A DNA stretch of 45,650 nt, from IMG/VR virus record IMGVR_UViG_3300005096_000116, positions 1 to 45,650 of that record. One strand, 5' to 3'. The notes under the pieces were generated by a model, which worked only from the letters and a program-made list of their open reading frames with translations, ran no database searches and was not told where the DNA came from. How positions within the stretch are numbered: position 1 is the first letter of the stretch; the number at the start of each line of letters is the position of its first letter. Of this stretch, positions 35,305 to 43,150 are shown in pieces. The position numbers and the translations under genes are program-made. This stretch comes from a virus.

Positions 35305-35492
35305 ACACCAGGCGCTGCACCAAATGCAACTCGATGACACAGGTGATCGATTCACGTGTTAACGGTGACGGGCATATCAGGCGTAGGCGTGAGTGTCCAA
35401 GATGTAAAGCACGCTGTACCACGTATGAGTCATCGTATGATGAACTACGGCGTATAAAAGGTAAGCTTGAAAACTACGAAGCAATTAATTAA
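35301..35492 (+). CDS. NrdR-like zinc-ribbon protein lacking the ATP-cone (63 aa)
   Basis: [38 protein letters not shown] aligns to the E. coli NrdR N-terminus [40 protein letters not shown]. The protein ends about 20 aa later. Confidence 0.8.
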   Translation: MNTRRCTKCNSMTQVIDSRVNGDGHIRRRRECPRCKARCTTYESSYDELRRIKGKLENYEAIN

Positions 35493-35639
35493 TCTGATCA
35501 CCAAAGCGAACAAAGAGGTTGCGAAGAATGCCATTAAGTTAAGAATGTTCAACACGCCAAATAGTCCTATAGCAAAAGTGTCAAACGAAATTTATATAGA
35601 TACTATATATGTCATAGACAGGGTGCTAGGGGAACCAGA

Positions 35640-35954
35640 ATGACAACATGTAACACTGACAAAGATACCACGATACTGCTGCATCACATGAGCAACACAC
35701 AGCTGGTCAGTTACGCTGATGATGTTCACATATCCTTTGACTCATCTGAGTTGATTAAAGAGCTGTGTGACCGTCTGACTAAGCTTGGTGATAGCAAACA
35801 CATATTGAACAAAGATACAGGGGTGATCAGTTCACCATTTGATATAGAATCAATTTTACAATCATGCCCTGTATTATTGGCAAAATGGAAATACCATCCT
35901 TTTACCTTTGAAGAAACAGAAGAAGGTCATGTGGTTGTGGTTTATATTAAATGA
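35640..35954 (+). CDS. Hypothetical protein (104 aa)
   Basis: ORF track. Confidence 0.55.
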   Translation: MTTCNTDKDTTILLHHMSNTQLVSYADDVHISFDSSELIKELCDRLTKLGDSKHILNKDTGVISSPFDIESILQSCPVLLAKWKYHPFTFEETEEGHVVVVYIK

Positions 35955-36127
35955 CCACCACCTGCAAAGCTTACCGCACAAGCACCGGTGACTACGTCTG
36001 TGACCGCTGTAGCATACAATGGGATAAGAACGACACCAAGCCACCCTGTAGAATTTTAACACCCAGGAAAGCCAGTGAGCACGTTCACCGGCTATCAATG
36101 GATCAGATCAACGCGATGCTAAGTTAA
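35951..36127 (+). CDS. Small Cys-rich protein (58 aa, below the track cutoff)
   Basis: Hand translation MTTTCKAYRTSTGDYVCDRCSIQWDKNDTKPPCRIL...; ATGA overlap with the upstream stop. Its 3' end overlaps the convergent minus-strand gene by 9 nt. Confidence 0.45.
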   Translation: MTTTCKAYRTSTGDYVCDRCSIQWDKNDTKPPCRILTPRKASEHVHRLSMDQINAMLS

Positions 36128-36337
36128 TGCTTCGCTCAACCACTTTGAATAGTTTGCAGCTTTTTCAGCATCGCGTTGAGGATTCTCAGGTGTTTTGTGC
36201 ATCATTCGACATTGATATTTAATAGCATTACCTAGTAAATAACCTTGATACTGTTCAGGTGTCAATTTAGCTTTAATAATGTCAAGTGTTTCAATTCCAC
36301 CAACATCATAGTAATTACTTTTCTCGTCTTTACTCAT
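36119..36337 (-). CDS. DUF3310-family protein (72 aa)
   Basis: YYDVGGIETLDIIKAKL...LLGNAIKYQCRMMHK...DAEKAANYSKWL fits the DUF3310 pattern. Confidence 0.7.
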   Translation of the reverse strand: MSKDEKSNYYDVGGIETLDIIKAKLTPEQYQGYLLGNAIKYQCRMMHKTPENPQRDAEKAANYSKWLSEALT

Positions 36338-36339
36338 AA

Positions 36340-36531
36340 TTATTTCTCAGTTGACGAATTAATTATTCTTCTTATTTCACCGTAATAAAGAACACCGTCA
36401 TTTGCATATTGCTTCACAGCATTCAACGCACCAGGTAACGCTTTAGCCTTAGCAACTGCAACGTCATACTTGTTTGTTTCATTAGCCTGTTTAATTATTA
36501 CAGGTCGATTTAACCAGCTACCTTTTCTCAT
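36340..36531 (-). CDS. Hypothetical protein (63 aa)
   Basis: ORF track; AAGAGGTGAACAATC-ATG. Confidence 0.55.
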   Translation of the reverse strand: MRKGSWLNRPVIIKQANETNKYDVAVAKAKALPGALNAVKQYANDGVLYYGEIRRIINSSTEK

Positions 36532-36612
36532 GATTGTTCACCTCTTTATATATTTCCCATACCATTCTGAACCCCGCCTCAAACATAGATTCATTTTTTC
36601 ATAGCTATGTTG

Positions 36613-36783
36613 TTAACTTCGAGCATAACCAGCCTTAAAACAAAACCACGCTTCATCAACAGTCTCATTTGTGTAGTGTTTACCATCTTCGGTTTTGCCT
36701 TCTATCAAACTTTCATCAACATCACCATGTATGTTAATAAACCAATTCTCAAACTCTTTTTGTACGTTATCTATACTGCTCAT
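36613..36783 (-). CDS. Small protein (56 aa, below the track cutoff)
   Basis: Hand translation MSSIDNVQKEFENWFINIHGDVDESLIEGKTEDGKHYTNETVDEAWFCFKAGYARS; GGGGTGA SD. The plus-strand track ORF 36607..36813 is its shadow. Confidence 0.5.
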   Translation of the reverse strand: MSSIDNVQKEFENWFINIHGDVDESLIEGKTEDGKHYTNETVDEAWFCFKAGYARS

Positions 36784-36788
36784 AATCA

Positions 36789-39407
36789 TCACCCCTGTAC
36801 TAATTTCATTTGAACTTCACCACGCACCGTTGTCATCTGTCGATCATATTCATTGAATAATTCTTTAGAGTCCATGTGATCGTACTTCTCATGGTTACGC
36901 AGCATTGTTAATTTTATGGGTTTACCCAACCGGTACACTGTACGCTGTGAATATCCACCCATTTCTTTGAGTATCATGCCTATTTTGATCGGTGTGAAGT
37001 ATCGACCATCACTATACATTTCATTCGGTGCAAATATACCACCACTTCTCAATGTGTCAGACATATCGCTACAACTCACCAGGTCACACTTAAACACACC
37101 GAGTCCTTTGTCGATGAATGCTTCGATGGTCTGTTGCATCGGTGACTTAGACGCTTCTTTGATTTCACGTAGGAACTCAGTCATCGGTGGTGCTTCAGCC
37201 GGGTTAAAGTCACTCAGATCAACCCGGTACATCAGGTGCCAGGCGACGTGTTTCCATCCATCCGCTTTTATCCAGTTCCAGCGATCCTCCCAGTAAGCCA
37301 GCCATTCAGGTGTCATGCTGTCGTCAGCGTTACGGGGGTTAAGATCTGACCAGACGGCAAAGAACCGTCGTGATGGTCCGTTCAGTCGCAACGGCATCAT
37401 GCTGTTCGTTGTCATTGATGCGTTGACGATATTACGGATCTTTATCGGTTTGATGTTCTTCTGATTAACTCTGAACGTATCCGGCGGCGCTGCGGCCAGT
37501 GGTTTTAATTTGTTACTGACAGCCATTGCTTCACGTCTATCGCCCAGTTCAGCTTCATTGATATGAAGGTATTTTGTAGATAGCACATAGTCATGGAACC
37601 CTTCCAGCAGTTCCTCACCGCTGATTACTTCATAGTTCTCACCCATCGCTTTTGTCAGTGGGTAGAGTAGAAAATCTTTACCGCAGCCTTCACCACTGCC
37701 GAGTAATAACATATGGTTAATCTTACGTTCAGGGTGCCGCAGAGTGTACGCCATCCACTGTTCAATATGTTTCCTATGCTCACCCCACCCGAGTGCGTCG
37801 AAGTGGTCATGCCAGCGTGCAACATCACCCTCGACACCGTAGTCCTGAGTGTCATCTGACCAAGTGTTCGCATACACGGTGCCGTTTTCAATGAACACCT
37901 GGGGTTGTTTCGGTGCGTAATCAAGCCGATCAACCTTTCGCACCCGGCCATCTTGCAACGCAATTTTACGGGCTTCGTTATCTTCGTGGCTGAAGCTGTT
38001 CTGGAACGCGTCGGTGCTGAAGAATATGCGTGACTTCCAGTCGTAGAACTGATTCAACTCTTTAACGAATACCACATTGTCGTAGAAATCTGCCTTGCTG
38101 ATCTTCTCACCGTACCATTGCTGGCGGAGACTTTTGAGAATGTCTTTAAAATCACCCTTCCCCCAACCCATCAGGTCACACACTTCTGTATGCCGCGGCA
38201 GTTGATCGAGCTTTGGCAGGTCATCAGTGTATTTCAGGATGTCTGAAGCCAGTTTGCGTGCTTCAGGGGAACGATGGTTGATACGGTGCAGCTCGTCACA
38301 CATCATCTGTATCGCATCAGCTGCTGCTGGCGCTGCCTCTTCTGCCGGTTGCGTCGCCGCCGGCTGTAGAAAGCTGACCATTGGCTGTTGTGTGACTTGG
38401 GTTTGCGCTGGTACTGTGCTTGTTGTTGCAGGCGTGAGAAAGCTAGGTTCGGCGACACTGGAAAATTCTCGCATGATCTGCCAATTTTTAAGTATGCTAG
38501 AAAATCCGGGGGAGTTTCCATCGATAAATCGTAGCAAATCTCTTCCTGTACGTTCCTGACAACTTCCGTGGTGGCACTTGAATCCGATACTACCATCAGC
38601 GTTTGTGAAGACTGCCGAACCACTGTCGTCACTTCCTGTGTGCTCATCGACCCATGGACATGTAATATCAAAGCGGCCATCTGAACGTACCTCTTTTATG
38701 TGAATAGTTTCTGGAATGTTTATTAACGGGTGATCACTGACAGCAGCGGCACCGTCGATGCGTGATTCGCGCCGCACTCTATCAAGATCAACAGCGAATG
38801 GTTGTGCAAGCTGTTCAAGAGTAACTCGGTTGAACGGCTCCCATAGCGTCAGGTTGCACTTGAACGGAAGTCCGTTAACCAGCTTCGATGCTTTGCTGTT
38901 CGATCCTTCAGGTAGGCGCACGTAGCGTGTCACGCCTTTCATACCTGGATCTTTACCTTCAGGCGCTAACCCGTTGGCCACCAGTCCATCAAGTAGGTTC
39001 TCAACACGTGCTCGGTCAGTGCAGGGTGTGTCGAGAATGTAGCCCCACTGCTCACTACCCTGCGATGTCTCAAGTATCCACGCCGGCCGAGGGAGCTTCG
39101 ACACCTCAGTCATCGATAACTTCTCTTTCACATCATCCAGTACGATTACCGGTGTGTGCCTGAACAATGCTTTGCGCCGGCGTGCCTGCTGCTGATCATC
39201 ACAGTAGAAGTTGCTGATGGTGAAGTATTGATTGTAACCGGGTTGCAGTCCGTACCGGCTGAAGTAGTCACCCTTCCAGGCGATGAGATGTTGATCTTTT
39301 GGGATGTTCCCCGGATCATAAGGGAAGTCTGTAACGTGTACCCACGGTGCATCAACTCCAAATAACGCCGTCAGAAACTCACTGTTTGTCACCATTGAAT
39401 CTGTCAC
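36789..39407 (-). CDS. Primase-polymerase (AEP-type) fused to an SF3/D5-like helicase (872 aa)
   Basis: VIVLDDV (DxD), TSQGSEQWGY, zinc motif CPWVDEHTG...FKCHHGSC, P-loop LLLGSGEGCGKD (non-canonical D after GK), LHINEAE Walker B-like. Confidence 0.85.
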   Translation of the reverse strand: MTDSMVTNSEFLTALFGVDAPWVHVTDFPYDPGNIPKDQHLIAWKGDYFSRYGLQPGYNQYFTISNFYCDDQQQARRRKALFRHTPVIVLDDVKEKLSMTEVSKLPRPAWILETSQGSEQWGYILDTPCTDRARVENLLDGLVANGLAPEGKDPGMKGVTRYVRLPEGSNSKASKLVNGLPFKCNLTLWEPFNRVTLEQLAQPFAVDLDRVRRESRIDGAAAVSDHPLINIPETIHIKEVRSDGRFDITCPWVDEHTGSDDSGSAVFTNADGSIGFKCHHGSCQERTGRDLLRFIDGNSPGFSSILKNWQIMREFSSVAEPSFLTPATTSTVPAQTQVTQQPMVSFLQPAATQPAEEAAPAAADAIQMMCDELHRINHRSPEARKLASDILKYTDDLPKLDQLPRHTEVCDLMGWGKGDFKDILKSLRQQWYGEKISKADFYDNVVFVKELNQFYDWKSRIFFSTDAFQNSFSHEDNEARKIALQDGRVRKVDRLDYAPKQPQVFIENGTVYANTWSDDTQDYGVEGDVARWHDHFDALGWGEHRKHIEQWMAYTLRHPERKINHMLLLGSGEGCGKDFLLYPLTKAMGENYEVISGEELLEGFHDYVLSTKYLHINEAELGDRREAMAVSNKLKPLAAAPPDTFRVNQKNIKPIKIRNIVNASMTTNSMMPLRLNGPSRRFFAVWSDLNPRNADDSMTPEWLAYWEDRWNWIKADGWKHVAWHLMYRVDLSDFNPAEAPPMTEFLREIKEASKSPMQQTIEAFIDKGLGVFKCDLVSCSDMSDTLRSGGIFAPNEMYSDGRYFTPIKIGMILKEMGGYSQRTVYRLGKPIKLTMLRNHEKYDHMDSKELFNEYDRQMTTVRGEVQMKLVQG

Positions 39408-39411
39408 TGTA

Positions 39412-39660
39412 TTATTTACGGTTTATACGACGTGCTTTTCTTTGTGCTTTGCGTGCTGATTTTTTACTGCTGTGAAACGATCTGCTAATTAATTTAGGCG
39501 GTTTTACATTTTGATAATTTTCAGATTTACAACGTTCTTCTTCTAATTGTATTAATCTATCGTTCATTTGTTCAGTAAGATTATCACCTTCAAATATCTC
39601 ACATGATTTTTCGTCGTTATATTCAACTTGTTGCATAATTATCACCTCGTAGACCATCAA
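39412..39660 (-). CDS. Hypothetical protein with a basic C-terminus (82 aa), first gene of the inverted island
   Basis: ORF track. Confidence 0.55.
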   Translation of the reverse strand: MMVYEVIIMQQVEYNDEKSCEIFEGDNLTEQMNDRLIQLEEERCKSENYQNVKPPKLISRSFHSSKKSARKAQRKARRINRK

Positions 39661-39694
39661 CTATAAACCAACAGAACAGTTCTGTCATGGTGAG

Positions 39695-39722
39695 ATTATG
39701 CGAATAGTGGAACAAAGTCAAA
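39695..39722 (-). promoter_or_regulatory. Sigma70-like promoter for the inverted island (TTGACT-16-CATAAT)
   Basis: Minus strand reads ttgactttgttccactattcgcataat. It shares TTGAC..TGTTCCACT with the promoter at 32970. Confidence 0.55.
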
Positions 39723-39729
39723 TAAAATG

Positions 39730-39759
39730 TTGACATTTGTCACATTGTGCTACTAGAAT
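39730..39759 (+). promoter_or_regulatory. Sigma70-like promoter (TTGACA-18-TAGAAT), back-to-back with the minus-strand promoter
   Basis: ttgacatttgtcacattgtgctactagaat read directly, 45 nt upstream of the 39804 start. Confidence 0.6.
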
Positions 39760-39803
39760 AGGATCGTGTTAAACAATTTTTAACTTTTAATGAGGAATTT
39801 GAT

Positions 39804-40106
39804 ATGAGTGAACAAGCAATAGAACAAGAAATACAGGAAAAAGGTTTAACAGCCCCACGTATTACACCAGAACACTTGGATAAAGTGATTGCGTTTGAAA
39901 ATTACCACGTATTTGAAGGTAGCCAATTAACAGTATGTTGTTTAACTCTTCAAAACGGTTTTACTGTCACTGGTGAAAGTGCGTGCGCTAGTCCTGAAAA
40001 CTTCAATGCTGAAATCGGTCAAAAGACTGCACGCAATAATGCACGTGACAAAATTTGGGCGTTGGAAGGTTACCTGTTGAAACAGTTTTTATTTGAAGCA
40101 GCGTAA
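39804..40106 (+). CDS. N4 gp49 / Sf6 gp66-family protein (100 aa)
   Basis: TVCCLTLQNGFTVTGESACASPENFNAEIGQKTARNNARDKIWALEGYLLKQ matches the family signature as I recall it. Confidence 0.65.
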   Translation: MSEQAIEQEIQEKGLTAPRITPEHLDKVIAFENYHVFEGSQLTVCCLTLQNGFTVTGESACASPENFNAEIGQKTARNNARDKIWALEGYLLKQFLFEAA

Positions 40107-40137
40107 AACAACCAACTAACTTAACGAGGTAAAACTT

Positions 40138-40353
40138 ATGGCTGATAAAGAGAACAGTCAGACACTTGACGGTAATTTGCGTGTGCGAATTGAACAGAGT
40201 GAACTTGACATTTTCATGGCTAAATCTGAACGAGCAACAGGGAAGCCATATCAGCTGTTGACTCGTGAAATGATAATCGCTTTTAATGATGGTCGCATCA
40301 TACCAACAGAAGACCAAAAAGAATCTCTCGGAGAATTATATAATGTCAATTGA
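40138..40353 (+). CDS. Putative ribbon-helix-helix DNA-binding protein (71 aa)
   Basis: [36 protein letters not shown] resembles the MobC/CopG-type strand-helix-helix pattern. Confidence 0.35.
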   Translation: MADKENSQTLDGNLRVRIEQSELDIFMAKSERATGKPYQLLTREMIIAFNDGRIIPTEDQKESLGELYNVN

Positions 40354-40714
40354 ATCAAACCTTAAACGTATCGCTGATGCACTGGAAACCATAGCAGCTT
40401 CAATAAATGCGTCAAAGGTGTCTGCCCCTGATAAACCAACAACTGTAGCAGAAGTGATCACCGCTGTTCCTGCCGCTGTTCCTGCCGCTGTTCCTGCCGC
40501 TGTTCCTGCCGCTGTTCCTGCCGCTGTTGCCGCCGCTGAAGCAATCACCGACGAAGCGATGAATGCTGAACTGGTTGCTGAGTTCACGCGTTTGGGTAGT
40601 CGTGAACAGATCGACGTTGAGATGAAAAAACTTAACATCGCGGGTGCCGCTGGTCTGAATGCTGAAATGCAGAACACATTACTGACAGCTATCAGAGCTA
40701 TTCCAAATGGGTAA
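40343..40714 (+). CDS. Hypothetical protein with an (AVPA)n linker (123 aa from ATG 40343; the track gives an alt-start at 40286)
   Basis: GGAGAATTATATA-ATG; 12-bp tandem repeat in frame. Confidence 0.55.
   Translation: MSIESNLKRIADALETIAASINASKVSAPDKPTTVAEVITAVPAAVPAAVPAAVPAAVPAAVAAAEAITDEAMNAELVAEFTRLGSREQIDVEMKKLNIAGAAGLNAEMQNTLLTAIRAIPNG
40461..40532. repeat. 12-bp tandem repeat ccgctgttcctg, 5 perfect copies plus 1 degenerate copy
   Basis: Read directly; encodes AVPA x5 then AVAA. Confidence 0.95.
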
Positions 40715-42140
40715 CCACGCACGACTCGGTCCCTCAAATGCACGCTGGCCAAATTGTCCGGGGTCAGTGCGTGAGGAAGAACGCTACTCGGACATATCCG
40801 GTGAAGCGGCCATCGATGGTACAGGGTCACACCTGTTGCTTGAGATGTGTCTGGAAAACAACGTGCCAGCCATGCAGTACGATCAGCAGATTATCGGCGT
40901 TAATCACCCTGACAATATGAACGGATGGTTGGTTGACCCTGCACGTGCAGGACGTGTGCAGATGGCGTTGGACTACATTACTCGTCGTGTTGAAGAGTTG
41001 AAAGCTGCGTACACCGATTGCCAGGTGACGGTCGAATCTGAAGGTAAGTCTGACCCAGGTGGTGCATTCGGTCGTAAGGATTGGTGGGGCACCGTTGATA
41101 TCAGTATCATCGCACGTCACAAAATGACAGGTGAGGTGTTGTTTCTTGAAATCGCTGACTACAAAGACGGTCGTGGTTATGTTTCTGAGAAAAATAACAC
41201 ACAGTTAATCAGCTACCTGTTCGGTAAGATGCGACACTACATCGCCAGTGGTTCTGATTTAGTGCGACCATTCAACCACGGTAAGATCAATGAATGCCGG
41301 GTGACTATCATCCAACCGAAGACGAACCCAGTGGTGCGATATCAATGTACGACGCGAGTTGAAGATGAATTCACCGTTACCGGTGTAATTGAAGCTGCTG
41401 AAATACTGGCGCAATCTGCACAGTTAACTGATAACAATAACGCACCGTTAATACCCGGTAAACATTGCCAATGGTGTAAAGCAAATCCTAAACGCGGCGG
41501 TCACTGTACCGCTGAAACAGAAAAATCATTACAAGTGGTGGAGAACATGAGTAATAAGAGTCCATTGAATTTAAGTACGTCAGACATGAGTCTGTTTGAT
41601 TATTTCAGTGAAGTAATCGCAGATCCTAAGTCGTTAACTGAAGAACAGTTAACACAAATGGCAGATGCCGAAGATGGAATCATGGCAGTGTTCACCAAAG
41701 TCAAAGCTGAAATTCAGGAACGTATTGAGCAAGGTGTATCGGTGCCAGGTTATGCAATGGAGCCGGGGCGTGGTGCAAATGTGTACGCTTCAGACGAAGT
41801 ATCAATTGTTAAAAAATTGAAAGCGTGTCGTTTGAAGAACGCTGACATCTACCCACCTAAACTCATTAGCCCTGCACAATTGATGAAACTGGAACAACTG
41901 ACTGATAAACAGAAAGAACGTTTACAGAAAGAAATAATCAGTTTCAAAGCAGGTAAGTTGACACTGAAGAAAGTTGCTTATGATCATAAAGCGATTAAAG
42001 AAGTTGCTTATGATCATAAAGCGATTAAAGAAGTTGCACAAAGTGGTACAGATGATGTACAATCCAAGTCAGCAGAACTGATGTTCGCTGAAGTTCCTAA
42101 ACAACCGGCAGAAGAACCTGCTGTAGTTTCATTCATTTAA
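40707..42140 (+). CDS. DUF2800-like PD-(D/E)xK (Cas4/RecB-like) nuclease (477 aa)
   Basis: N-terminal LGPSNARWPNCPGS...IDGTGSHLLLE, D...LEIADYKDG nuclease core, CQWCKA...GGHC cysteine cluster. Confidence 0.75.
   Translation: MGNHARLGPSNARWPNCPGSVREEERYSDISGEAAIDGTGSHLLLEMCLENNVPAMQYDQQIIGVNHPDNMNGWLVDPARAGRVQMALDYITRRVEELKAAYTDCQVTVESEGKSDPGGAFGRKDWWGTVDISIIARHKMTGEVLFLEIADYKDGRGYVSEKNNTQLISYLFGKMRHYIASGSDLVRPFNHGKINECRVTIIQPKTNPVVRYQCTTRVEDEFTVTGVIEAAEILAQSAQLTDNNNAPLIPGKHCQWCKANPKRGGHCTAETEKSLQVVENMSNKSPLNLSTSDMSLFDYFSEVIADPKSLTEEQLTQMADAEDGIMAVFTKVKAEIQERIEQGVSVPGYAMEPGRGANVYASDEVSIVKKLKACRLKNADIYPPKLISPAQLMKLEQLTDKQKERLQKEIISFKAGKLTLKKVAYDHKAIKEVAYDHKAIKEVAQSGTDDVQSKSAELMFAEVPKQPAEEPAVVSFI
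41971..42030. repeat. Perfect 30-bp tandem duplication (aagttgcttatgatcataaagcgattaaag x2, plus a 7-nt partial copy)
   Basis: Read directly; encodes KVAYDHKAIKE twice near the nuclease C-terminus. Confidence 0.95.
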
Positions 42141-42154
42141 GAGGTGACAACGTC

Positions 42155-42922
42155 ATGTTAGTAAAAGGTATTATTTCATTTCCCGCACTGTTCACGCCGA
42201 AGCTGGCGAAAGGTGCAACAGAACCAAAGTTCGGTGTGACTGTGTTATTGCCGCCAGGTGACCCACAGATCGCAGCGATTCAAGCTGAGGTTGAAGCTGC
42301 GAAAGCCAACTCGTTCCCATCAGGTTACACCGGTGCTGATGAATGCTTCGGTCCATACGACACAAAGTACGCTGGTAAAGATTATTATGACCAGCGTTTC
42401 AGTGGTTACTTTGTGTTCAGTTGCTCTGCAAAACAGGATGACAGACCATCAGTTGTCGATCCGACTTATCAACAAATAGTTGATCCAAGTCAAGTTTTCT
42501 CAGGTATGGTTGCTTATGTTAACGCTGGCATCAGTGGCTACACCAAAGGTAAAGGTGGTATCGGTGGCTGGCTGAACGGTGTCATGACGACCACAGAAGA
42601 AGCACCGATGGGTCGCCTGGATAATAAGCCGACTGTTGAACAGATGTTCGCCAGTGTAACCGGCGCGCCTGCCGCTCACACAGCGGCGAACGGTGCTGTG
42701 GTGACTCACCCTGGTGTTGCTAATGTGGCACCTGCCCCAGCAGCGCCTCCACCTCCTGCGCCAAATCAGACACCTGCTACGCCAGCACCACTGCAAATGA
42801 CAGCAAAGGCGAACGGGGTGACATTGGAAGCGTATCTGGCTACACCCGGTTGGACTGAACAGATATTGATTGATCAGGGTCTTGCAATTCGACCTTCGTT
42901 TGATGATAACATCGCATTTTAA
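42155..42922 (+). CDS. DUF2815-like single-stranded DNA-binding protein (255 aa)
   Basis: N-terminal ISFPALFTPK...KFGVTVLLP OB-like pattern, Pro/Ala-rich linker, SSB-type acidic C-terminal tip FDDNIAF; follows the DUF2800-like gene as in known modules. Confidence 0.7.
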   Translation: MLVKGIISFPALFTPKLAKGATEPKFGVTVLLPPGDPQIAAIQAEVEAAKANSFPSGYTGADECFGPYDTKYAGKDYYDQRFSGYFVFSCSAKQDDRPSVVDPTYQQIVDPSQVFSGMVAYVNAGISGYTKGKGGIGGWLNGVMTTTEEAPMGRLDNKPTVEQMFASVTGAPAAHTAANGAVVTHPGVANVAPAPAAPPPPAPNQTPATPAPLQMTAKANGVTLEAYLATPGWTEQILIDQGLAIRPSFDDNIAF

Positions 42923-42941
42923 AGAATGACTCCGCTGTTAA

Positions 42942-42967
42942 ACCTTCCCTTCGGGGAGGGTCTTTTT
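42942..42967 (+). terminator. Rho-independent terminator (UUCG tetraloop)
   Basis: accttccc-ttcg-gggagggt 8-bp stem (one G.U) followed by cttttt, 20 nt after the SSB stop. Confidence 0.8.
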
Positions 42968-43053
42968 AAAGTGGCGCTGGTTCCTGAGACCGAAGGTGTA
43001 ACGTGGAGGGCCACCCGTGAGGGGTACTATCACACCAGCGCCATTTTAAAAAG
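42962..43053 (+). ncRNA. 92-nt hairpin element: 19-bp inverted repeat flanking a 54-nt GC-rich structured core
   Basis: ctttttaaagtggcgctgg (42962-42980) pairs with ccagcgccattttaaaaag (43035-43053) with a single G.U. The core holds gtgg-aggg-ccac and cc-gtga-gg (GNRA) mini-hairpins. Confidence 0.5.
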
Positions 43054-43062
43054 ATGATTTAA

Positions 43063-43136
43063 TGCCCGTTAGTGTAGTGGTAACACACCGAACTTTGACT
43101 TCGGTATCATAGGTTCAAATCCTGTACGGGCTACCA
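43063..43136 (+). tRNA. tRNA-Gln (anticodon UUG), CCA encoded
   Basis: Hand-folded cloverleaf: U8 A9, D stem gtgt/acac with a GG loop, anticodon stem ccgaa/ttcgg, loop c-t-TTG-a-c, T arm atagg-TTCAAAT-cctgt, acceptor gcccgt/acgggc, discriminator A, then CCA. Position 1:72 is U.U. Confidence 0.8.
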
Positions 43137-43150
43137 AACAAAACAACAAG

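Noticed and set aside
42972-43044. The 73-nt core of the long hairpin has tRNA-like length and a perfect 7-bp acceptor-like stem (tggcgct/agcgcca), so I tested it as a second tRNA.
   Set aside because: No D-arm pairing (ttcc opposite aagg fails), no T-loop GTTCRA motif, no 7-nt anticodon loop, and the terminal stem continues to 19-20 bp. It does not fold as a cloverleaf.
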